NCBI GenBank assembly: GCA_018064885.1
Contig: JAGHUI010000049.1
Location: forward strand, 7,694 to 71,693
Reading direction: 5' to 3'
DNA length: 64,000 bases
Source of the DNA: Candidatus Minthosoma equi
Lineage (GTDB): Bacteria; Bacteroidota; Bacteroidia; Bacteroidales; Bacteroidaceae
Part shown: positions 9,371-21,194 of the stretch, piece by piece
Layout of the letters: each line of letters starts with the position of its first letter
Numbering within the stretch: the stretch's first letter is position 1
Notes under the pieces: model-generated
What the model saw: the letters and a program-made list of their open reading frames with translations, nothing else
Databases searched by the model: none
Told to the model about the DNA's origin: nothing
Translations under genes and position numbers: made by a program

Positions 9371-11959
9371 ATGAAGAAACCCAAGAATCTTCAGCAGGCG
9401 CTGAAATACTATTTTGGATTTGACACGTTCAAAGGCGATCAGGAAGCTATTATTAAAAATCTGCTGTCTGAAAAGGATACCTTTGTGCTGATGCCTACAG
9501 GTGGCGGCAAGTCGCTTTGCTACCAATTGCCTGCTTTGATGATGGAGGGTACAGCTATCATTATTTCACCTCTGATAGCCTTGATGAAAAATCAGGTAGA
9601 TGCTATAAAGTATATTAGTGAGGAGGATAATGTTGCTCATTTCATAAATTCGTCTCTTTCCAGGGCAAGCATTGAACAGGTTAAGTCTGATATCTTGTCA
9701 GGTAAGACCAAGATGCTTTATGTTGCTCCAGAGTCTCTTACAAAAGAGGAGAATGTGGAGTTCCTTCGCAATGTGAATATCTCTTTCTTTGCAATTGATG
9801 AGGCCCATTGTATCTCAGAGTGGGGACATGATTTCCGTCCAGAATACAGAAAGATCCGCCCGATCATCAATTGGATTGCCATGGCTCCAGTCATTGAACT
9901 TTTAGAGCCTCAGAGCAAGAAGATGGCAATGAAGGAGTTTGTGTTGGAGTATAAGAAGTGCAAGGTGAAGTACGATGAGATGGATAAGCTTTTCAAGCAA
10001 TTCCCTGATCGTGTTGATGAGAAAGAACATGATGCTCTTGGCAAGAAGGTGAAGGGCTTGTTCGATCTTATTGCTTTCCGTGCAGAGATGAAGGAGATTG
10101 TGAAGGATAAATCGGACAAGAGCTTGCGATTGGGCGAGAAGTTCCTGGAAACTCTTGTTGAGATGATGCCTTCGTTCCGCAAGAACTATGCAGAACTGAG
10201 AAACGTCTTGAAGGGTGAGTCTGTTGTGGAGCATCTTCCAGAACTTCCTTCCGATGAAGATATCCTGGACTGTCAGAATAAGATAAAGAATGTTCCTGTA
10301 ATTGCTCTTACGGCTACTGCAACAGATAAAGTTCGTATAGACATAAAGAAGAATCTTGGCATTCTTGAGGCTAATGACTATAAGTCTTCATTTAACCGCG
10401 CTAATCTTTATTATGAAGTTAGACAAAAAACGATAAATGTTGACAAAGATATCATAAAGTTTATCCGTCAGAACGTTGGGAAGAGTGGTATTATTTATTG
10501 CTTGAGCCGTAAGAAGGTGGAGGAACTCACTCAGGTGCTCAAGGCTAATAATATCAAGGCGGCTGCTTATCATGCAGGCATGGATAGCAAGGATCGCAGT
10601 GACACTCAGGATGATTTCATCATGGAAAGGGTAGATGTCATTGTAGCTACTATTGCTTTCGGCATGGGCATTGACAAACCTGATGTGCGTTTTGTTATCC
10701 ATTATGATATTCCAAAGAGTCTTGAAGGATACTATCAGGAAACTGGTCGTGCCGGAAGAGATGGAGGGGAGGGTAAGTGCATAGCTTACTATTGTCAGAA
10801 GGATTTGGAAAAGCTGGAGAAGTTCATGAAAGATAAAACTCCAGCAGAAAAGGATATTGGCACTCATCTCCTCAGCGAAACTGCTTCGTATTGCGAGTCT
10901 TCTGTGTGCCGACGCAGGATGCTTCTTCATTATTTTGGCGAAGAATACAAGACGGACAATTGTGGTAATTGCGATAATTGTTTGCATCCTAAGGTCAGGG
11001 TTGAGGCTGGTGAAAATCTGCTTCTTGCTCTTCAGACGATACTGGCTGTTAAGGAGAATTTCCGAGTTGAACACATTATTAATATAATAAGAGGTGAGGA
11101 AAACGAGGTCATCCTAAGCCATAAGCATGATCAACTAGAACAGTTCGGTGCTGGTGCAGATGTGGAAGTTTCTATGTGGAATGCTATTTTCAGTCAGGCG
11201 AGCTTGGAAGGATACATTGAAAAAGAAATCGAAAGGTATGGTGTTCTGAAAGTGACAAGTGCAGGAAAGAAGTTCATGAAAAAGCCGCACTCGTTCAAAG
11301 TCGTTGAAAACACAGAGTTTGATGACGGCTATGACGATTCTGGAGAAGGCGAGGGCGTTGCTGTTGCTGACGAGGTTTTGTACAAGATGCTTCTTGATTT
11401 GCGACGGAAAATAGCACGAAAGCATAATGTCCCTCCTTATGTGGTGTTCATGGATGTTTCCATGGAGTCCATGGCGACTTTCTATCCAATCACGATTGAG
11501 GAATTGCAGAACATCCAAGGTGTTGGTGCAGGAAAGGCTAAACGCTATGGCTCGGATTTCTGCAAACTTATCAAGAAGTATTGTGAAGAGAATGATGTGA
11601 CTCGTCCAACTGACATGCGTGTACGCACTGTCGCAAATAAATCAAAAATGAAAGTTAAGATTATACAAGCTATAGACAGAAAGGTTGATCTGGAAGATAT
11701 TGCAAGAGCTAACGGTCTTGATTTTGATGAATTGCTTACCGAAATGGAGGCTATAGTTTATAGCGGTACTAAATTGAATATTGATTATTATTTTGAGGAC
11801 ATCGAGATGGATGAGGATGTCATTGATGAAATTTATGATTATTTCAGAGGAAGTGAAACTGATGATTTAGATACAGCTCTGGATAATCTTGACAGCGACA
11901 TCTATGAGGAAGATATTCGTCTTGTCCGCATTAAGTTCATAAGTGAATTGGCTAATTGA
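9371..11959 (+). CDS. recQ: ATP-dependent DNA helicase RecQ (unusually long, 862 aa)
   Basis: Motifs present: motif [37 protein letters not shown], an Arg finger (TGRAGRDG), a Zn-binding Cys cluster (CRRR..CGNCDNC) and an HRDC-like region followed by an acidic tail. Confidence 0.93.
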   Translation: MKKPKNLQQALKYYFGFDTFKGDQEAIIKNLLSEKDTFVLMPTGGGKSLCYQLPALMMEGTAIIISPLIALMKNQVDAIKYISEEDNVAHFINSSLSRASIEQVKSDILSGKTKMLYVAPESLTKEENVEFLRNVNISFFAIDEAHCISEWGHDFRPEYRKIRPIINWIAMAPVIELLEPQSKKMAMKEFVLEYKKCKVKYDEMDKLFKQFPDRVDEKEHDALGKKVKGLFDLIAFRAEMKEIVKDKSDKSLRLGEKFLETLVEMMPSFRKNYAELRNVLKGESVVEHLPELPSDEDILDCQNKIKNVPVIALTATATDKVRIDIKKNLGILEANDYKSSFNRANLYYEVRQKTINVDKDIIKFIRQNVGKSGIIYCLSRKKVEELTQVLKANNIKAAAYHAGMDSKDRSDTQDDFIMERVDVIVATIAFGMGIDKPDVRFVIHYDIPKSLEGYYQETGRAGRDGGEGKCIAYYCQKDLEKLEKFMKDKTPAEKDIGTHLLSETASYCESSVCRRRMLLHYFGEEYKTDNCGNCDNCLHPKVRVEAGENLLLALQTILAVKENFRVEHIINIIRGEENEVILSHKHDQLEQFGAGADVEVSMWNAIFSQASLEGYIEKEIERYGVLKVTSAGKKFMKKPHSFKVVENTEFDDGYDDSGEGEGVAVADEVLYKMLLDLRRKIARKHNVPPYVVFMDVSMESMATFYPITIEELQNIQGVGAGKAKRYGSDFCKLIKKYCEENDVTRPTDMRVRTVANKSKMKVKIIQAIDRKVDLEDIARANGLDFDELLTEMEAIVYSGTKLNIDYYFEDIEMDEDVIDEIYDYFRGSETDDLDTALDNLDSDIYEEDIRLVRIKFISELAN
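9896..10303 (+). other. in-frame ~135-aa insertion inside recQ between helicase motifs II and III
   Basis: The segment ELLEPQSKK...[11 protein letters not shown] separates APVI from ALTATAT. Near-duplicate junction codons are ccagtcatt (9887-9895) and cctgtaatt (10295-10303). Confidence 0.6.
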
Positions 11960-11986
11960 TGATGTAAGTCAATGTAAGATAACATA

Positions 11987-13590
<1,604 letters not shown>

Positions 13591-13624
13591 CAAATAGATT
13601 GTTCTTTACATATTATATAATATT

Positions 13625-13672
13625 CACATAAATGCTGTAAAATGTTAAAAAATACTAAATAGCATTTATGTG
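13625..13672 (+). terminator. 12-bp inverted repeat, possible guaB terminator
   Basis: cacataaatgct (13625-13636) pairs with agcatttatgtg (13661-13672) across a 24-nt loop. It is followed by a (TG)n run rather than a clean T-run. Confidence 0.3.
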
Positions 13673-13708
13673 TGTGTGTTATATATGATATATGTAACGG
13701 AAAACGTG

Positions 13709-13716
13709 TAAATTTG
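13709..13716 (+). promoter_or_regulatory. Bacteroidota -7 promoter box TAAATTTG
   Basis: About 54 nt upstream of the ATG at 13770. Confidence 0.4.
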
Positions 13717-13769
13717 TACTTTGATTCTACAACTTAGACAAGATATTTACTAATTATATTAAATTGAAA

Positions 13770-16067
13770 ATGAAAAAGTATTTTAGTTTTGTATTAGCAG
13801 GGCTTTTCCTTATGGCATTGCCTATGCTCGTTTCATCATGTAAGGATACTGATGAAGATGCTATCAACGAACTCCGTTTGGATCACTTGACTGACATCGC
13901 AAAGTTACAACTTCAAATTGATGAACTTTCTGGTAAGATTTGCCAGTGCACACCTGGCCAGGGTGCTCAGGGCCCTCAGGGTCCTCAGGGTGAGACTGGT
14001 GCTCAGGGCCCTCAGGGTCCTCAGGGTGAGCCTGGTGCTCAGGGCCCTCAGGGTGAACAGGGTGCTCAGGGTCCTCAGGGTGAGGCAGGTGCTCAGGGCC
14101 CTCAGGGTCCTCAGGGTGAGACTGGTACTCAGGGTCCTCAGGGTACTCAGGGTCCTCAGGGTGAACAGGGTCTTCAGGGCGAAAAGGGTATGTCTGCTTA
14201 CGAGGTTGCCGTTGCTAACGGTTTCGTAGGAACAGAACCAGAATGGCTTGCTTCTCTTAAGGGTGCTGATGGTGCTATCATTAATGTTAAGGAAATCGAT
14301 ACGTATGGTAAGGATGCAGATGGCAATTTCTGGATTAAGTTCGTAGGTAATGATGAGATTTACTCTACAGCTTCTTGCAACGAGCCATGTGCTTATGCAA
14401 TCAAGGTTATCTACTCTATTCAGGAGGCATTCGGCTATAATAATGGTCAGCTTTCTGATGCTGAGATTGTTAAGTTCCAGGGTGATATCAAGAAGGCTCT
14501 TCAGGATATCAAGGATGCTCTTAACTACATCAAGTCTCTCAAACAGCGTGTTACAAGCATCTCTATCGATGGTGTTAACAACAATATGTTCGGTATGATC
14601 AAGACAAGTGCTGATGTTCAGACAAATATGCTCTTCGGTTTCTATGGTAGTGTTGAACAGGCATTCAACTTCCCATCAACAAACCCTGCATACTATGGTG
14701 ATGCTTCTGTAATCCTTAACGATGCTAATGTTACTCTTGCTATAGAGCAGATTAAGGTAGAGGATATCTATAGTGAAGAACTTGGAACTATCTATGCTTC
14801 TATCAACCCTGCACAGATTGATTTCACTGGTATTGATGCTTCTCTTGTAAACTCTCAGAACAAGAGCAATGGTGTTGTTCTCTCTCCAGCTGCTGTTTCT
14901 GCAGAAACACTTAAGATGGGTTACACTCGCCCAATCACACGTGCTGCTGCTGATGCAGAGTATGGCTTCTATGAGTTTATTGCTACAGTTGACGATTTCG
15001 ATGCTGTTGAGAAAATAGACCTCCCAGCTGATGATTATATCGCTCTTGGAAAGGCAGTAAAGAATGGTGAAGGTCGTGTAAATGCACTTGTTACTTCACT
15101 TAAAAACACGCTTACTGCATTCAATACTGATGCTTACGCTCTTAAAGTCTCTGCAGAAGATACTCTTGCAACAGTTGACGGTGTAAATCATGTTGTTAAG
15201 TCTGGTTATGATATTCAGGCAGCTCTTGTTAAGCCTGTAGGTTATGCTGCAGTTGCTAAGATTCCAACATCTATGCCTGGTTATAGTAGATCTGTTAATT
15301 TCGTAAATGACGTTGTTAAGTACGTTATTGATAAAATTAATTCTACAGCTACAATGGAAAAGACAGAACAACTTATAGCAGATCTCAAAACAGCACAGGG
15401 TAAAATTCAGAAGATTGAATTTAAAAAAAGCACTACAGGAGATGTTATTTGTGCTGTAACTTCTAATGACGGTACTGTAAGTCGTGACATAAAATGGTCT
15501 GACTTTGAGAAGTTTTATAAGGAGCTCACTGGTGAAACAAAATCATCTGATGCAATGATTTCAAAGGCTAACTCTGTATGTGAGAATGTAATTGCTGTTC
15601 TAGAAGAACTTTCAGGTAATGGACTTGCAGACAATGCAAGCACAAGTGTTGAAAATCTTATGGAGAAAGTTTGGGAAAAACTTGACAAGTATTATACTGC
15701 AGTTGAAGAACGCTTTGAACTTTGTCTTTTTGCTAGCGAAGGCGGTAAGTATAAGTATCTTCATAGAAGTCCTGCAAATGCTACAGAGGTCAGCTCAAGC
15801 TTCACTCTCATAATGACAAACCTCAATGCAGAACTCATCACTCCAGCTTACAAGAAGCATGTTGTTGTAACTGATGCTTGGGGTGCTGCTGATAAGGCTT
15901 CTGCTATTGCTGCTGCTAACTCAACTCTTAACAAGGTTCTTCCTGGTAATCAGCAGAAGATAGAAGTTAATGGTCTCCAGAGCGGTGTAGTATATGAGAT
16001 TTCTTACTCAGGTCTCGACTATGCTGGTAAGCAGGAAACTCGTACTTTCTATGTAAAGTGCAAGTAA
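13770..16067 (+). CDS. collagen-like-repeat surface lipoprotein (hypothetical)
   Basis: The ATG at 13770 is preferred over the TTG at 13764. It has a signal peptide plus lipobox (MLVSSC), 26 Gly-X-Y triplets, then [26 protein letters not shown], then about 600 aa with no recognised domain. Confidence 0.8.
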   Translation: MKKYFSFVLAGLFLMALPMLVSSCKDTDEDAINELRLDHLTDIAKLQLQIDELSGKICQCTPGQGAQGPQGPQGETGAQGPQGPQGEPGAQGPQGEQGAQGPQGEAGAQGPQGPQGETGTQGPQGTQGPQGEQGLQGEKGMSAYEVAVANGFVGTEPEWLASLKGADGAIINVKEIDTYGKDADGNFWIKFVGNDEIYSTASCNEPCAYAIKVIYSIQEAFGYNNGQLSDAEIVKFQGDIKKALQDIKDALNYIKSLKQRVTSISIDGVNNNMFGMIKTSADVQTNMLFGFYGSVEQAFNFPSTNPAYYGDASVILNDANVTLAIEQIKVEDIYSEELGTIYASINPAQIDFTGIDASLVNSQNKSNGVVLSPAAVSAETLKMGYTRPITRAAADAEYGFYEFIATVDDFDAVEKIDLPADDYIALGKAVKNGEGRVNALVTSLKNTLTAFNTDAYALKVSAEDTLATVDGVNHVVKSGYDIQAALVKPVGYAAVAKIPTSMPGYSRSVNFVNDVVKYVIDKINSTATMEKTEQLIADLKTAQGKIQKIEFKKSTTGDVICAVTSNDGTVSRDIKWSDFEKFYKELTGETKSSDAMISKANSVCENVIAVLEELSGNGLADNASTSVENLMEKVWEKLDKYYTAVEERFELCLFASEGGKYKYLHRSPANATEVSSSFTLIMTNLNAELITPAYKKHVVVTDAWGAADKASAIAAANSTLNKVLPGNQQKIEVNGLQSGVVYEISYSGLDYAGKQETRTFYVKCK
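13962..14195 (+). repeat. coding tandem repeat: 26 consecutive Gly-X-Y (collagen) triplets
   Basis: Built from 27- and 36-nt modules. The 36-mer ggtgctcagggccctcagggtcctcagggtgagact occurs identically at 13962 and 14088, and once more at 13998 with a single change. Confidence 0.95.
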
Positions 16068-16106
16068 TCTCATAGGGTTTACACATATAATTAAAAAGAA
16101 ATAATT

Positions 16107-17219
16107 ATGAAGAAAGCAATATTTTCACTGATGTTACTTCTTGCCGGATGCTTCACAGCATCTGCGCAGGAGTACGAAACCAAGGAGGAGTTTAATCCTC
16201 ACTGGTATGTACAGGCTCAGGCAGGTTTCCAGCATACTCTTGGTGAGATTAAGACAAGCAAACTTAACTCATTGAATACTCAGGTTGCTCTCGGTTATCA
16301 GTTCGACAAGCTTTTCGGTGCTCGTTTCACTGTTGGTGGTTGGACTAGCCGTGGTGGTGTAAACCTCAAGGGTAATGACTATCGTTATCATTGGAACTAT
16401 ATAGCTCCAACTGTTGATCTCACTTTTGATGTTACAAACGCTATTCTTGGTTACAATCCAAAGCGTATCGTAAGTTTCGGAATCTTTGCTGGTGGTGGTC
16501 TTAATGTCGCTTGGCACAATCAGGAAGCAGCTTGTGTAGATGCAACAATCAAGAGTCTCTACCCAATCGCAGAGAATCAGGTTGAGTTCATGCACTATCT
16601 TTGGGATGGTACAAAAACTCGCGTAGTTGGTCAGTTCGGTGCAAACCTCGATTTCAAGGTGTCTGATCGTGTTTCTATTGGTGCTGAGGCTAATTGTAAT
16701 TTCCTCAAGGATCGTTACAACAGCAAGAAGGCTGGTAATGTTGACTGGTACTTCAATGTTCTTGGTGGTGTCAAGATTGCTCTTGGCCCAACATCAAAGT
16801 CTGTTAACTATCCTGTTCCAGTACGTGAGCGTATCGTAGAAAAGGTGGTAACTGTTCACGATACAATCACAGTTGAGAAGGAGCGCTTCACAAAGGATCC
16901 ACTCCGTCGTGATATCTTCTTCACAATCTGTAATTCAGAAGTTAGCAAGGCTGAAATGCCAAAGGTTGAGGACATCGCAGAGTATCTTAACCGTTTCCCA
17001 GAATCAAAAGTTTCTATCGTAGGTTATGCAGATAAGGGCACTGGTACTGCTAAGGGTAATATTGTTTACGCTAAGAAGCGTGCTCAGATGATTGCAGACC
17101 TTCTCATTAACAAGTTCGGTATCAATCCAAACCGTATCTCTGTTGATTCTAAGGGCGATACTGTTCAACCATTTGATATCAATGACTTGAACCGTGTATC
17201 TATCTGTGTTGCAGAATAA
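16107..17219 (+). CDS. OmpA-family outer membrane protein (N-terminal beta-barrel plus C-terminal peptidoglycan-binding domain)
   Basis: Signal peptide ends in ASAQ. The C-terminus reads VSIVGYADKGTGTAKGNIVYAKKRAQMIADLL..RISVDSKGD, which is OmpA_C-like. Confidence 0.85.
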   Translation: MKKAIFSLMLLLAGCFTASAQEYETKEEFNPHWYVQAQAGFQHTLGEIKTSKLNSLNTQVALGYQFDKLFGARFTVGGWTSRGGVNLKGNDYRYHWNYIAPTVDLTFDVTNAILGYNPKRIVSFGIFAGGGLNVAWHNQEAACVDATIKSLYPIAENQVEFMHYLWDGTKTRVVGQFGANLDFKVSDRVSIGAEANCNFLKDRYNSKKAGNVDWYFNVLGGVKIALGPTSKSVNYPVPVRERIVEKVVTVHDTITVEKERFTKDPLRRDIFFTICNSEVSKAEMPKVEDIAEYLNRFPESKVSIVGYADKGTGTAKGNIVYAKKRAQMIADLLINKFGINPNRISVDSKGDTVQPFDINDLNRVSICVAE

Positions 17220-17220
17220 C

Positions 17221-18411
17221 ATGAAGAAAACTCTTTTAATTATAATGGCTGTCACACTTTCGAGTGTGACAGCCTTTGCTCAATCATTAACTGAAGGCTT
17301 TTTTCGTGTTCAGAATAGTGGATCAGGCAGATACCTTTATGTTCGTGATTGTACAGGTGATGTTTCCACTCTTGGTGCAGATATGGGAGCAATTGAGTTG
17401 TGGTCAGGACTTGATAATGCTATAAGTGATCCAAGTTCTGTTATTCTTATGATTAAGTCAGGTACTCAATGGGATATGCAATCTCAAGCTACTGGAGTAA
17501 ATAAACTTACAGGAAGATTACTAAATGTTTCAGATGATGGTGAGTATTGCCAACTTTATAATAGCGGACAATACCTTTATGAAGTTGGTGTAAGTGACTT
17601 TAATCCTGATCAGGGAATCCTAGGCGCTAAAACCAATAAGGAAATGCCAGGTATGACTCAGTATCGCCTTTGGAAAGTTTATCCTGTATCAAGTTCTTCA
17701 GATAATTACTTTGGATTTTCACCTACAGTTGAAACTGCTGGTAAAAAGTATGCTTCATTTTATGCAGATTTTGCTTATGAACCAAAGGATGCTGTTAAGA
17801 CTTGGTATGTAAAATCTGTAGATAAGGAAAACTCTATTGCTGTTATTGCAGAAATTTCTGGTATTGTTGCTAAAAAACAGGCTGTTTTTGTTGAGTGCCC
17901 TGCTGCATCTGCTTCAGATAATAAAATTGATTTGACCACAGCAAACGGTAATGCTGCTGTTGGAAATAAGCTTACAGGCGTATTTTTCTCTAATGCAGAT
18001 AGAAGTGGAAAAAGCCATTATGGTTATGATTATCCAGCTGTAGTTGTTTTTGACAAAACAACAATGCGTGTTCTTGGTACTGACAATGAAGGTAATCTTG
18101 CTTTTGTTACTTCTGGTTCAGATGTTGTAAAATTAAATGCTAAGATAAATAATAAATGGCAAGATGTAGATTGTATCCTTCATAATAAAGCATACCTTTC
18201 TGTTGATGCAGATTGTCCAGAAACTCTTCGTGTAATGGATGAAGCTGAATATGAAGAATACATTGCTTCTGGTATTATTGATGTGAAATCCAATAGTAGT
18301 TATACAAATAACGTAATATATGATACTTGTGGCAGAATTGTAGGTTCTTCTAAAGAATCGTTGACAAACGGAATCTATATTATTAATGGTAAAAAGATTA
18401 TGATTAAATAA
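17221..18411 (+). CDS. secreted hypothetical protein with a T9SS C-terminal sorting domain
   Basis: The ATG at 17221 (MKKTLLIIMAVTLSSVTAFAQ) lies 1 nt after the upstream stop codon. The C-terminus ..NGIYIINGKKIMIK is typical of a type-A T9SS CTD. Confidence 0.7.
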   Translation: MKKTLLIIMAVTLSSVTAFAQSLTEGFFRVQNSGSGRYLYVRDCTGDVSTLGADMGAIELWSGLDNAISDPSSVILMIKSGTQWDMQSQATGVNKLTGRLLNVSDDGEYCQLYNSGQYLYEVGVSDFNPDQGILGAKTNKEMPGMTQYRLWKVYPVSSSSDNYFGFSPTVETAGKKYASFYADFAYEPKDAVKTWYVKSVDKENSIAVIAEISGIVAKKQAVFVECPAASASDNKIDLTTANGNAAVGNKLTGVFFSNADRSGKSHYGYDYPAVVVFDKTTMRVLGTDNEGNLAFVTSGSDVVKLNAKINNKWQDVDCILHNKAYLSVDADCPETLRVMDEAEYEEYIASGIIDVKSNSSYTNNVIYDTCGRIVGSSKESLTNGIYIINGKKIMIK

Positions 18412-18480
18412 CTCTTATTTTGCCGTTTCGTGTAACATTAGAAAATACTGTTTAGGTAACAATTAATTCACATATCTTAT

Positions 18481-19464
18481 ATGAAAAAGATTCTTATCAT
18501 GCTTGCTTTGTTGCCAAGCTTGCTATATGCTCAAAATCCTAATTTGTTCAAGGATGTGAGTGATTACAAATTCCTTAAGCACATGGAAGTAGGTGCAAGC
18601 GTTGGAAGTACTGGTATTGGAATAGATATTGCTACTCCTGTCAATGAGCATATAGCAGTACGTGCAGGATTCTCATTCTTTCCTCGCTTTGACAGCAATT
18701 CTGCATATAATATGTCAGCTGCAGGTATTGAAACTGATAATGTTACAGATCTTAAGGATAAAACACAGAAGATATGTGAATATATTGAAGACTGGGTTCA
18801 TGTGCCTGTTGATGATCAAGTAGAAATGACACGTCGGTTGACATTCTATAATGCAAAGGTGTTGGTTGACTGGTATCCTTTTCATAAGAAGAATTGGCAT
18901 TTCACAACAGGTTTCTATTGGGGAACAAAGAATCTTGCAAAAGTATTTAATACAACAGAAGAGGCTCCAACTCTTCTTGGTATGAATATGTACAATGATA
19001 TGTACGAACAAATTCAAACTTTGGATAAATATGAATATCCTACTATAACATTGGGAAAGTATTCGTTTGAAATGGATCCAGAGACTGGTCAGGAAATTAA
19101 GGAAAAGTTCAGCAAATATGGTAGGATGCGAATACGAGTAGGGCAATTTCCTGATGGTACATCTCATTATCTTGAACCTGATGAAAATGGTATGTTGAAA
19201 GCAAATGCAACTGCAAATGCTTTTAAGCCATATTTTGGTTTTGGATACAAAAAGAATACTGGTTACGATAAGCGTTGGAACATTGGTTTTGATGCAGGAT
19301 TCTTAATTTGGGGCGGTACTCCACATATTTATGCAAATGATGGTATATGTCTTGTACACGATGTGAAAAAAGTCGGTGGAATTGTTGGACAGTATGTTGA
19401 CTTTGTCAAAGTTCTTCCAGTTTATCCTGTTCTTGAGTTCCGTATGTCATACAGCATTTTCTAA
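18481..19464 (+). CDS. putative outer-membrane beta-barrel protein (hypothetical)
   Basis: It has a signal peptide, alternating beta-strand-like segments and a C-terminal ..RMSYSIF ending in an aromatic residue. Confidence 0.6.
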   Translation: MKKILIMLALLPSLLYAQNPNLFKDVSDYKFLKHMEVGASVGSTGIGIDIATPVNEHIAVRAGFSFFPRFDSNSAYNMSAAGIETDNVTDLKDKTQKICEYIEDWVHVPVDDQVEMTRRLTFYNAKVLVDWYPFHKKNWHFTTGFYWGTKNLAKVFNTTEEAPTLLGMNMYNDMYEQIQTLDKYEYPTITLGKYSFEMDPETGQEIKEKFSKYGRMRIRVGQFPDGTSHYLEPDENGMLKANATANAFKPYFGFGYKKNTGYDKRWNIGFDAGFLIWGGTPHIYANDGICLVHDVKKVGGIVGQYVDFVKVLPVYPVLEFRMSYSIF

Positions 19465-19492
19465 TGTAGATTTGTAAATAACAGATAAAAAA

Positions 19493-19522
19493 GGCCACAG
19501 TATTTTGCTGTGGCTTTTTTTA
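19493..19522 (+). terminator. rho-independent terminator
   Basis: gccacag pairs with ctgtggc across a 7-nt loop and is followed by a T7 run. Confidence 0.85.
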
Positions 19523-19580
19523 TTCACTATAAATTATAGTTAATTTTCCAAAATGACTTTTGTATGTCGATGAAAAACAT

Positions 19581-19588
19581 TAACTTTG
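19581..19588 (+). promoter_or_regulatory. Bacteroidota -7 promoter box TAACTTTG
   Basis: 62 nt upstream of the ATG at 19650. Confidence 0.45.
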
Positions 19589-19649
19589 TTCTCAATTTTG
19601 TGGTAATCACCCAGTAGAACAAGTAACTTGACAAAAAACATAGAAAGTC

Positions 19650-21089
19650 ATGAAGAAAATTTCAATGCTTCTTTTTGGATTCTTTGCTGCGTTTGCAATG
19701 AATGCTCAGACAGTAAATGATCCAGTAATAATGAAGATTAACGGAAAGAACATAACAAGAAGCGAGTTTGAATACTCTTTCAATAAGAATAATTCAGATG
19801 GAGTCATTGACAAAAAGAGTGTTGAGGAATATGTGCCTCTTTTTGTTAATTTCAAGTTGAAGGTAGCTGAAGCAGAAAATCAGAGAATAGACACATTGTC
19901 CAATATCCGTAAGGAATTGGATAGCTATAAAGAACAAATGGTTATCCCTACATTGGTGGATTCAGCTTTTATTGAGCGTGAAGCATTGAAAACTTATAAC
20001 AATACAGCATCACGTTTTGAAGGTCAGGATCTTCTTACAGCAAGTCACATTCTTATGCTTCTTAATCAGAATGCTACATCAGCAGAAGATGCTGCCGCAA
20101 AGAATAGAATAGACTCTATTTATAATGTTTTGAAAAATGTTTCAGCTTCACAATTGCCAGAGAAATTTGCGGAATTAGCAAAAGAGAAGAGCGATGATAA
20201 AGGAAGCGCTCAGCGTGGAGGTGCTCTCGGACAGTTTGGAAAGGGTATGATGATTCCTGATTTTGAAACGGTAGCATATTCTCTTAAAGCTGGTGAAATG
20301 TCACAGCCATTCAAATCAACAGTAGGTTATCATATAATATATATGACTGATCGCCATCCTTTTGAATCTTATGAATTTCATCACGATAATATAATCAAAT
20401 TCCTTGAACAAAGAGGAATTCGTGAAGCCTCAGCAAATGCATTCGTTGATTCTATATCAAAAATGAAGAATGTTTCAAGAAGTACTGTGATTGATGAACT
20501 TTTGAATGATGTTTTTGAAAAAGATTCAGAGGCAAAATATCTTTCTCAAGAATATTATGACGGAACTCTCATGTATGAGGTGACAAAGAAAGATGTATGG
20601 GATGCAGCTCAACAAGATGAAGCTGGACAACAAGCGTATTTTAATGCAAACAAAAAAAATTACGCATGGGATGCTCCTCGTTTCTGTGGTATAGTTATTC
20701 ATGCAAAGGATGCAGCGACAATGTCATCTGTAAAGAAGCTTTTGAAAAATGCTGCTGTAGAAGAAGATTATGCAAAAGTTGCAACATCACTTAATAATGA
20801 TTCCGTGAAGTTGGTCCGAGTCGAAAAGGGCATTTTTAAGCAAGGCGATAATTCTAATGTTGACAATCTAGTTTTCAAGCAGAAGACAGAGCTGAAGCCA
20901 ATGAAGGATTATCCTGTAACAGAGGTATATGGTAAAGTTTCAAAAGCGCCTCGTTCCTACAAAGATGTTCGTGGTCAAGTAACTACGGATTATCAAAATA
21001 GCAAAGAGTCTGCTTGGGTGGAAGAACTCAAGAAAAAGTATTCTGTGGAAATCTATGATGATGTGGTTAAAACCGTAAATAATCACTAA
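19650..21089 (+). CDS. peptidylprolyl isomerase (parvulin/PpiC type, periplasmic chaperone-like)
   Basis: It has a signal peptide and a parvulin core: GGALGQFGKGMMIPDFETVAYSLKAGEMSQPFKSTVGYHIIY. Confidence 0.85.
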   Translation: MKKISMLLFGFFAAFAMNAQTVNDPVIMKINGKNITRSEFEYSFNKNNSDGVIDKKSVEEYVPLFVNFKLKVAEAENQRIDTLSNIRKELDSYKEQMVIPTLVDSAFIEREALKTYNNTASRFEGQDLLTASHILMLLNQNATSAEDAAAKNRIDSIYNVLKNVSASQLPEKFAELAKEKSDDKGSAQRGGALGQFGKGMMIPDFETVAYSLKAGEMSQPFKSTVGYHIIYMTDRHPFESYEFHHDNIIKFLEQRGIREASANAFVDSISKMKNVSRSTVIDELLNDVFEKDSEAKYLSQEYYDGTLMYEVTKKDVWDAAQQDEAGQQAYFNANKKNYAWDAPRFCGIVIHAKDAATMSSVKKLLKNAAVEEDYAKVATSLNNDSVKLVRVEKGIFKQGDNSNVDNLVFKQKTELKPMKDYPVTEVYGKVSKAPRSYKDVRGQVTTDYQNSKESAWVEELKKKYSVEIYDDVVKTVNNH

Positions 21090-21194
21090 TTAAATATTTG
21101 TTTATTCCTTTATTGACTATTTAATTTTTCCGTTACAAATTATTTGATTATTCCATAAACGAAATATTTGTTGTTAAATAACAGAAAATCATAT

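Noticed and set aside
9902-10234. 110-aa and 90-aa minus-strand ORFs inside the RecQ insertion (possible invertible coding segment)
   Set aside because: The antisense frame is simply in codon register with a sense frame that avoids TTA, CTA and TCA codons. I found no flanking inverted repeats that could support inversion.
9896-10303. RecQ insertion interpreted as an intein
   Set aside because: The block starts with Glu-Leu-Leu rather than a Cys/Ser nucleophile. It lacks a C-terminal His-Asn, and the residue after it is Ala. No Hint or homing-endonuclease motifs are visible.
10388-11074. 228-aa minus-strand ORF
   Set aside because: It is antisense to the conserved RecQ C-terminal helicase and RQC region.
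13918-14229. 103-aa ORF with LRVLRV repeats
   Set aside because: It is an alternative reading frame of the collagen Gly-X-Y coding repeat. The periodicity is inherited from the real frame.
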